From Diplonema japonicum (taxonomy: Eukaryota > Protista > Euglenozoa: Diplonemea), in assembly GCA_964019335.1 (NCBI GenBank), contig OZ025754.1:62001-126000 (forward strand): a stretch of DNA of 64,000 bases. Reading direction: 5' to 3'. Under the pieces are notes generated by a model that saw nothing but the letters and a program-made list of their open reading frames with translations, was not told the DNA's origin and searched no databases. The position numbers and the translations under genes were made by a program. This document shows positions 55,553 to 64,000 of the stretch, piece by piece (positions within the stretch are counted from its first letter, which is position 1; every line of letters starts with the position of its first letter).

Positions 55553-56520
55553 TTGTCTGCAACAACAACAAGATCATCATCATCGTCATTATCATTATCA
55601 GCAGCAGCAGCAGAGTGAAACGTGGGGAAGGAATCCATCTGTGCAGCGAGGAGGGAGCTTGGGAGCGGGGGTGTCCCTGTGTCCTTCCGCAGCACGGGGG
55701 CGACAGGGTCGAAGATGGAGTCCGGGTCTGTGGCCTCCTTGGAGGGGTGGCTGGGGAGGTTGGTGCGGAACACATCCCACACACGGTTCGTCCACACGTA
55801 GACCCCCGCGAACAGGTCTGACAGCTCCTCCGTCGGCTTGTTCCTTCGCGGCGTGTGCGTCTCGTCGCTGCTGCGGTCGATCTCCACCCTTGCCGCCTCG
55901 CCGTCCTTCCCCAGAGCCCTCACCAGGAAGCTGATGTCCACGTCCACAGGCTTTGCAGTCGTGCTCTCGGGGTGCGGAGGGGTAGCCTTCCCCTTCAATG
56001 TCTTCAGGGTCGTCTTGCACGTCGCCACAGAGATGGGGACCGCCTCCTTCACCCCTGCATCCGAGCCCTTGTACAGGGACAGGCTGTAGGTCCCCTCGAA
56101 GCCCCACGAGTGCTCCGTCACCTTCAGCACCGTCTTCGTCGACTTCTTCGTTGACTTCCTTCCCCTCTTCGCCGCCGTCTCCGTCACCAGCTCCACAGCA
56201 GGTTCCACCTCCTTCGTCTCCTTTCCGAAGTATTTGCAGCTCGTCTTCATCTCGAACCGCAGCATCACCGCCTCCCCGTCCCTTCCCCAGCCGACAGCCT
56301 TCTCCCGCACCGAGTCTGTCACCCCTATCTGCCCTGCTGCGTTCCACCATCCCCCCACAGCCACGGCCCCGAGGAACTCGGCCAATAAATACTTGTCTTC
56401 GTACTTGTGCTCCGCCTCCCGCAGCGTCAGCACAGGGTCCTTCGCCTCCCCAAGGATCCGCTGCACCTTCTGCACAACCTTCTCTAGCTTCGCAGTGAAG
56501 GCAAGGTCGCTGTAGAACAT
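53728..56520 (-). CDS. Intronless GC-rich hypothetical protein (930 aa)
   Basis: Long ORF with strong G/C-ending codon bias. It has a conserved-looking core ARQFSCY...[35 protein letters not shown]...LTKEVELTQ; function unknown. Confidence 0.8.
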
Positions 56521-56538
56521 CTTTGTATTGTTTGCTAC

Positions 56539-56566
56539 GTGTGTGTGTGTGTGTGTGTGTGTGTGT
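56539..56566. repeat. (GT)n microsatellite
   Basis: Direct reading of the sequence. Confidence 0.9.
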
Positions 56567-57401
56567 CCTGGGGGTAGAAAGTAAAGATTATTGTTCTTGC
56601 AGAAGTGCGAGGTAGGTAATTGGACAAAAAAAAAAAGAAGAAGAAACCAGCTGCAGAGCCCACGATATCACATTTCTTTTTTTAAATAGAAAATATATGG
56701 ATAGAGAATGGTGTAGGTAAGAAATCGCTTTTGCGTAAGAAGAAGAAAAAAAAAAGAAGAAGAAGAACTTTTGATATTTGCTTTTTTTTTTTTTCCTTTT
56801 TTTTTTTTTTTTTTTTTTTCCCGCTGATCATCCTTCTTTTTTTTACCTATCCATCTTTCCTTCTGCGGAGAGGGGGGGTAAGTGCAGCCCGAGAAATGTG
56901 GATTTAAGTTAAAACCCTTGGTGAATAAAAGGGGAGGGAGGGCGAGGGATTGTAGACCATACTAGGAGCTCAATATTGACGCAAGATAAAAAAAAGGGGG
57001 CAACCCCCCCCCCCCCCCCAAACGAATTTCAAAATAAAAAGCAAACACTCAACCAGGGTTGGCAATATTAAGATCGGAGAAGTGTAAAAAAAAAAAAAAA
57101 AAAGAAAAGAAAAAGAAAAAAAGAGAAAAAAAAATCGAAAGAGGTATGTGATTTCCTTTCCCCCCCTTTTTTTTTTTGCCCCCCCCTCCGTTTTGGTTTT
57201 ATAACTGCAATAAGTTCATAAAAAATGGAGCCGGTTGATTTGTTATTTGGCACAGCCCGGGGTTAACTTGTAGAGGGATAAAGCCCAGCAATGCTCTTTT
57301 TAGCACTAACAATTCATAGTCAATATATTGCTTTCTTCTTCTTTTTTTTTTTCTCTTGTTCATGCAAAAATTAAAAAAAAAAAAAACCCCGTCCCCCAAC
57401 A

Positions 57402-57442
57402 CTAATGCCCCTTAAATGATGCCCAGGTACCACCGCCTGTAC

Positions 57443-57480
<38 letters not shown>

Positions 57481-60400
57481 CCCGCACACCTTTTTGCCCA
57501 CCATTTCCTCTTCCTCCGCCTTTTACAGGGTTGCCAGGGGGGACACCTCTGTCGTTGTGCCCCGGGGCGTTCCCCCACTTCATGGCAGCACCGCTAAAAT
57601 TCCCCTTGTTCCCCGTGTGGCTTGCAGAGTGGGCCGTATTTTGCGGAGCCCCCTTGAAGCTCCCCCAACCCTCGCCGCCGCCGCCGCCGTTGTTGTTCCC
57701 ACGGTACCCCTTTCCGGAGCTCTTTCCTCCACCACCGCCACCACCACCACCACCTTTTCCCTTCCCCTTCCCTCCTTTCTGTTGTGAGTTCCTCACCCAC
57801 GCTTCCTCCCTCGCCTGCCTCTGTTCTTCGTAGTACTTATCCAGAAACTCTTTCGCGTACCGGTGCCTAGGCTGAGGCTCCTACGTTGTAGTTTCGTTTA
57901 AAAAAAAAAAAAAAAAACGAAAGAAATACCGTGTAGCCCGATCGGGCGCTGAAGTACCCTTGGACCGCTTGGGCAGACTTCTTAAAGTTGATGAACTTGT
58001 CCTTGAAAAGGGTAAGGTTGGGCTCCACGACCTCGTCCTTGAACCGAGACCCGTCCGCGATCTTCGAGACCTCAGATTCGATGTGCGCGCGGATGTTAGG
58101 GCGCACCAGTTCAGGATCTACCTGGTTGAAAGCATTTATGAGGGACGTGCCCATTTCGGTAGGGACCATGTACCTTCCCTGTCCAGGTTCCGGTTCTTTG
58201 ACACGTTTGTGGTCGAGCGTGCGGCCAAAGGCGCGGCCGTGGCCGTGGGCATCTCCACACACAACTACATATTTCCTGTCACAGATATTTTGAACATGCT
58301 GTGGGATGGACGCGTCGGTCCCAACGCCGTTTTTGTCCATCTCGGAGATGAGGTTCGCTTCTGTTAGGTAAGGCGGTGGTCTCGTCCAGTCGGTGTCCAC
58401 ACTGCAGCGTTGAACGTCCACCGACATTCCCCTGCTGACGTTAAGCGGTTGTTCCAACGACCTGTCGCCCGCCAGCTGCGGCGAGATCGCCTTTGTCATC
58501 CACGGCATCGCGTACAGAAAACCCCTCTCCGCCATTTGATACCGTTTGCAGTTGAACACCTCACTGCCGAAGTTGAACGTGTAGGTCAGCATCGAGTATT
58601 TGGCGGCAGACATCAACGAACCGAGGAACGAGCGGAACACAAGCTCATACAGCCTCCATTCCAACCCCGTTAATTCGTTGCGAGAAGCATACTTTGTTGG
58701 TGTGATCGGAGGATGGTCACCAACGTCAAGCCCGTCTGTAGGAAGTAAGACCGACCCCCTGTGGTAACGAAGGAGGCTTGACACCGTCTGCCCCCACACA
58801 GGGTGGTTGGCGTGCTCGTTCAAAATGGTATTGATGTCGAAGCTCAACGGGTACCTCGTTGACTCAGTTCGTGGGTACGACATGTACCCTGATGTGTAAA
58901 GTTTCTCCGCGATCTTCATCGCTTTATGTGGGGAGATACCAAGCCCGGACGAGGCTGCCTTCAGCAGCTGTACTGTATTCAACGCAACAGGGGGACGCAT
59001 GGTGTGGTCGGACTGCTCTACAGACGCGCACACGACTGAGGGTGTCGTGTTAAGAGTGGTGATGAGGCTGTCGGCAGCTGGTTTTTCGAAGATCTTTCCA
59101 CGTTTTGGGGCGGCGGACACATGCTGGCCGGAGACCAACAAATTCGCTGAAATATCCCAGTACTGCTCGGATTTGAAATTCATGATCTGATGGTGTCTGG
59201 ACACGCAGAACCACAAACAAGGCGACTGGCAAGGACCATAGCTGATCGTTTTGATCTCAGCGTCTGCCCAGCGTTCCTGTGCTAGAGATCGTAGTTGTTT
59301 TGAGAGGAAGCGGGTGAACGCAACGCCGATTTTAAGATCCAGTTCTTGCCTTGCGTCAACCGCCAACGACAGGTTCACATCGGGTCGGTGAAGGTTGGCG
59401 AAAGACAGCTCCAGCGCCTGCTTTGTGATGGCGGAGAACCTTGCCCTGTAGATGTTCCCGTCGTCGGGGAAGAACTCCCTCGTGACAGATACTACCTCGT
59501 AACCTATGTTCTCGCCTTCCCTGTCGCAGTCGAGCCACAGTACAAGGTTCTCGCAGTTCTCACCCTCGTTTTGAAGGTGTTCCACCACCTTGCATTTTGA
59601 TGATGTTTCTTCCACCTTTTTCACCGTCTTCAGGTCGAAGAGCCGTGCCTCGTCCACTCTGGCGTTCTCTTCGAAGTCCAGGCCGAACACGTGTCCCACG
59701 ACAGAGGTCACCTTGAATGAGCACTTCTGTCCTGTTGGAGGAAATGTTGCGTAAAACTCATGCACCATCAAACCCCTACCGATTCCCTTTCGTGTCCGTT
59801 TCCTGCCTCCCGACAGAGCTTCTGCAATGGACTGCGCGACGCTGGGCTTCTCCGCCACCATCAGCACCCTCGGGCAGTCCCCGCCGAACTGCCTGTTATG
59901 GTCCGCATCAGGGTACAGCGACAGTAGTTCGTAATACAGCTTCCTGTTTGTAAAACCCCTTTTCACGCGTTGGTCTGGTTCCCTCCCACGTACTTTGTTG
60001 TTCCCGTCCAACACCAAGCCCCGCGTGCCGTTCTCCTCCAGGGTGTGGAGGAACTCTGCGGAGACCGAAGGGTCTTCCTTTCTGGTGTTCTGCATGAGGC
60101 TGGTGATGAGCGAGAAGCCCTCGCACATCCTGATCAGCGACTGGCTGTCACTCGCAGGCCTCTTTGCCTTGTGCTGCACAGCTGCTATGAACTGCTGGGC
60201 CTGACCACGCTCCGTCAGCATTGTGTGTATGATGCTCTGCTTGTCCATGAAGGGGGCCACCTGACGGAAGGGGTTTACAGGCGGCGAGACTATGACTTCT
60301 TCTACGGGGTGCTGCTGCTGCTGCTGCTGGTGTTGTTGTTGCTGTTGCTGCCGCTGTTGTGGGAGAGGCTGTTGAGCTTGCTGGTGTGGTTGCCTTGCCA

Positions 60401-60719
60401 CTTGATGGTGCTGGTGAAGGTTTTGTCGTGATTGCTGTTGTTGTTGTTGTTGTTGCTGCTGCTGCTGTTGTTGTTGTTGCTGCTGCTGCTGTTGTTGTAA
60501 TTGTTGTTGTTGTTGTTGCATTTGCATCAATATCTGAGGCTGCAGCTGCAGCTGCTGTAGCTGTTGATACTGCGCCTGCGCCAGCTGCTGTGGTTGTTGT
60601 TGCTGTTGGTAGCCCATGGCCGCCGCCTGCTGCATCTGCTGGGGCACAAAATTCACCTGCTGCCCACCCACTTGCTGGGGCACGAAGCCCATCACCTGGG
60701 GTTGCATGTTAGGGATCAT
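57402..60719 (-). CDS. TOP3B: DNA topoisomerase III beta-like with a poly-Q N-terminal extension and Gly-rich tail (introns 57881-57929 and 57437-57489)
   Basis: TOPRIM VLMVAEKPS, TSVVGH, LWLDCDREGENI, DARQELDLKIG, SYGPCQSP, active-site GYMSYPRTES, DHPPITP, MDKNGVGTDAS. The spliced length is 3216 nt, in frame. Confidence 0.85.
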
Positions 60720-60915
60720 CTTTCCTTCTTCTTCTTTTTGTTTCGCAAAGTACCACCCCCACCCCTCCTTGTTGAATAGCTTAGCCCATGTTTGAAAAAA
60801 AAAAAAAAAAAAAAAAACAACAAAAAAAAAACGAATGCGAATCTTCTCTTCTTTTTCGTTCCATTATTCACATCAAAGAAGTGTATACCACTTCCTCGTA
60901 TCTTGGTTTGCCCCC

Positions 60916-61266
60916 TCAACCCCTCTTCCCAGGCAACACTGTGGGCTTATTCGGATTGTTCTCGATTAAGTACTCTGACAGCCACTTGACCTGATTCTGT
61001 GGACGCACCTTTACAAGCTCTGTCAGCGCTTTAACAAGAATCTTTGTTGTGTGTGTGTTTTTTTTTTTTTTTTTTTTTTTTTTTTGGATGGAATAAAGAA
61101 ATAGAAGAAAGAAGAAGAGAGAAAGAAATGAGGGGTTCGCGCAAGAAAAAAAAGCTTTCCCCCCCCCCCTTTTTTCTTTGTTATAAATAATATTTTCTTT
61201 TTTTTCACGTTTCGTATACTCTGCGTCAGTTGTACCCTTGTGAGGGGCACAACGAAAGGGGGGGGG

Positions 61267-61322
<56 letters not shown>

Positions 61323-61888
61323 AATAAAAGTTCCCAGGAGTACGCACAGGGGGGGGGGGGGGGGGGGGGGAGAGAGAGAGAGAAGTTTTTTTTTTTTTTT
61401 TTTTAAATTTTAGAACGTACCGGCTTCAGCTTTGCTTCCGTGTACTCTCGTGCCTCAGATGGTGTGGGGAGGCGGGTATTTGTAACTGACGAAAACCAGA
61501 ATTTCACCTCCCGAGCGGCAGACTGTGGGTCAGAGCTGCCGTGGAGCCCATTGTAAGTGGGGTGCGGGTGGCCGGGGCGGTCTGGGTCCTCTGCAAACTT
61601 TACCCTGAGCCTGTCTACCAAGGCCTTTCGCCAGTCGAGGATTGCGTCCACTTTTGCAAGCACCAAGACCCTCGACGGCCCTCCTGACATGTAATCAATC
61701 AGCGTTCCAAAGAACTGCTTTCCACGATGCTCTTCATAGAACTCTCCGGCCATCTCTTCTGTCATCACCACGACCTTCTGCGCCACCACCACGAAACCTT
61801 CATCCCTTATGCTCTCCAACACTGCAGGAGTATGCCCGTTCCTCACCGCATCGGGCTTGATGATCGCTACTGTTTGTTCCAGCTCCAT
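60916..61888 (-). CDS. Nucleoside diphosphate kinase-like protein with a Dpy-30 motif (NME5-like); intron 61042-61420
   Basis: EQTVAIIKPDA, EFYEEHRGKQFF, NGLHGS..SAAREVKFWF. The spliced tail is LKPILVKALTELVKVRPQNQVKWLSEYLIENNPNKP. Confidence 0.85.
61269..61318. repeat. (GA)n microsatellite within the NDK intron
   Basis: Direct reading of the sequence. Confidence 0.9.
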
Positions 61889-62066
61889 TTTTTTTTTTTT
61901 TTTTTTTTTTTTGGTGTGGTGTAAAAAAAAAAAAAAATCCCTTGAGTTCCTCTTTTTTTTTTTTTTTTTTTTTTTCCGACAAAAAAAAAAAAGAATATAT
62001 GGAATGGGAGAAACAGGGGAGGAGGAAAGAAAGAACACTATTTTTCTTTTTTTTTTTTCTCCTTCC

Positions 62067-62105
<39 letters not shown>

Positions 62106-62123
62106 CAAAACAGTGTTCTTCTT

Positions 62124-62174
62124 TCAGTCCTGATAGACCCAGGATAAGTCTTTGTAAGTTTCAAAGCAAGCCCT

Positions 62175-62206
<32 letters not shown>

Positions 62207-62615
62207 CCCCTCCCTCATACAGAGCACAATAATAAGTTACAGTCCAAGCAGCACTCACCACCACTATGTGTCGGAGGCTTGGGACCAGCAAAGAAAGCAT
62301 CCGAGTTTTTTTGTTCTTCATCAACAATTCTACAGCAGCTGGGGTACCGAGGTCTAGAGCAGTTTTTCCGTTTTTGTCTTTAACAGCTTGGTTGGCTCCT
62401 TCCGCCAGCAGCAGTTCCACCACGCCTATGTGGCCTCCCTTTGCTGCAAGAATGACCCCTGTCTGCCCACCTTCCTTACATTTTACATTTATATCAACTT
62501 TTCCCTTCAACCCTTTTTTTACCGCCCCCAAGTCCCCCAGTTCGCACGCTTTTAGAAATCGATCCCCGTTTTTTTCGCTGTCGTTTTCGCCTTTGGCTTC
62601 CCAGGCTCCAGGCAT
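62124..62615 (-). CDS. Small ankyrin-repeat protein with a C-terminal hydrophobic segment; one tiny intron near the 3' end
   Basis: LKACELGDLGAVK, GQTGVILAAKGGHIGVVELLLAEGA, DKNGKTALDL; GTATGA...(A)nCCAG intron. Confidence 0.75.
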
Positions 62616-62618
62616 TTT

Positions 62619-62650
<32 letters not shown>

Positions 62651-63192
62651 CCTTTTTTTTTTTTTTTTGACGATTCCATCTTGGTACCACCAACATGCTG
62701 CAGAAGAAATACTTCCCCAGCAAGGACGGGGGGTCGACCGAAAAACGAAGAGACATTATTTAAAAAAAAATAAAAAAAATAAATAAAATAAAAAAAAAGT
62801 AATATCGATCAAGGACAGGGAGGGTGCGATAAAAAAAAAAAGATACGGGGAAAAAAAAAGAGCTTTTACTTTTTCCTCATTATACCGGTGCATAGTGTGT
62901 GTGGGGGGGGCACATTTTTTTTCTTCCCGTTGCACGCAAACAAAGAATAGCTCGTCGATTTTCTTTTCTTAAAGCACGGGGAGGGGGGGGGGGGGGTAAT
63001 ATATATATATTTATTCTTCCCCCACGAGAAGAGAAAGGAAAAAAATTCATTTTTATGATAGGGGGGGGGAAAGAATGAAAAGGAAGGGAGGGAAGAAGAA
63101 AAATGTCGACAGACTGAAAAATCCATTTCCTCCCCCTTTTTTTTTCTTCTAAAATGGGCTAAAAAAAAAAATTCTTTTTTTTTTTTAAAAAA

Positions 63193-64000
63193 TTATTCAT
63201 CCTCACCATCTTCGTCTTCATCATACTGTGTAATTATTATTATTATTATTATTTTTAAATATTTTTTCCCCCCCCTCCCTCACACACCACTTCGGTGATG
63301 GCTTTCTTAAAAGCCTTTTTCAACTCGGGGTCCTCATCATCCCATTTCTGCTTCTTGCATAACGCCCTTCTTATGGTGCCGATCGTAAGGTCCTCTGATT
63401 CGTCAGCATCGACAAATTCCTTAACGATTTTTTTAATCTTGCTGAACGGGGCAGGAAGCGCCTTGGATGCAGAGCGCTTCTTGCCGGATTCTTTAACATC
63501 CGTTGCCTTGCTGGGGAGTTTTTTGTCAGGGTCTCGTCGGTACAGGGTTAGGGTCACATTTCCATTCCCACAGGCAAGCTTGCCTGTGGCAGAAGCTACG
63601 GTAGTTGAAACCCCAGAAGATGTTTCTCCATAATCACCGGTCGCGTCCATGAGAATGGTCATGATGCCCTCTGGAGACATAGTATAGGTAACACCCCTGC
63701 AATTCGCTGAGAGAGGAGCTGGTTTTGAGGCAGGTTCGGTTTTCATTTTCGAGTCCTTACATGTCATTGTGAAGGTGAGCTTGAGGTCCTTGAAGGGGTC
63801 CGGGCATTGGTACGCCCCTAGGCTGCTGGATATCATGTAGGAGTTACCCGATTTCACCTTTTCCGTGAACGTTTTGTTGAATCCTATAATCGCTCGGATA
63901 ATTTTTTTTTGGGGGTCGGCCTCGAGCTTCATGTTGTGTGAAGGCGCACCTGTCATCATTTTTGCAGGGTTTATCTCAGTTTTCCCGTTTGTCGTCACGT
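63193..64000 (-). CDS. Protein with a C-terminal DEK_C-like domain and acidic tail; 5' end outside the window
   Basis: IKKIVKEFVDADESEDLTIGTIRRAL...KKAFKKAITEV, then after a GT-AG intron YDEDEDGEDE*. Confidence 0.6.

Noticed and set aside
1-64000. Non-canonical (euglenid- or marine-diplonemid-type) introns or a reassigned stop codon
   Set aside because: Every gene I could reconstruct splices in frame with GT-AG. Apparent premature stops fall within donor sites, and TAA, TAG and TGA are all used as true stops.

Overview
Eukaryotic genomic DNA, most likely a euglenozoan and plausibly a diplonemid. This is inferred from a kinetoplastid-type FCP phosphatase, a fully unidirectional gene cluster and abundant GT-AG cis-introns. 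About 19 host genes all lie on the minus strand with very short spacers. Nearly all non-coding DNA, including tiny 37-62 nt introns, is filled with long homopolymer runs, which explains most poly-K/poly-F ORFs in the track. Manual splicing recovers an ER Hsp70-like chaperone (HYOU1-type), an FCP/SCP phosphatase, CBP20, Rab18, a CAMKK-like kinase fused to a pseudo-receiver domain, a C2/TM protein, an amino-acid transporter and METTL21-like methyltransferase (possibly one fused gene), TOP3B, an NDK-Dpy30 protein, ankyrin proteins and several hypothetical proteins. Mobile DNA includes an apparently intact pogo-type element, a decayed relative, a piggyBac remnant, a Sola-like remnant, Ingi/I-type LINE fragments, MITEs and a tRNA-derived repeat. 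The standout is a ~2183-aa membrane-bound NRPS-like protein: partial C - A - PCP - three Pls/epsilon-poly-lysine-synthetase-type repeats - TM - type-B carboxylesterase. Its A domain has Gly in place of the amino-binding Asp235, making it a candidate polyester (poly-hydroxy-acid) synthetase with a built-in hydrolase.
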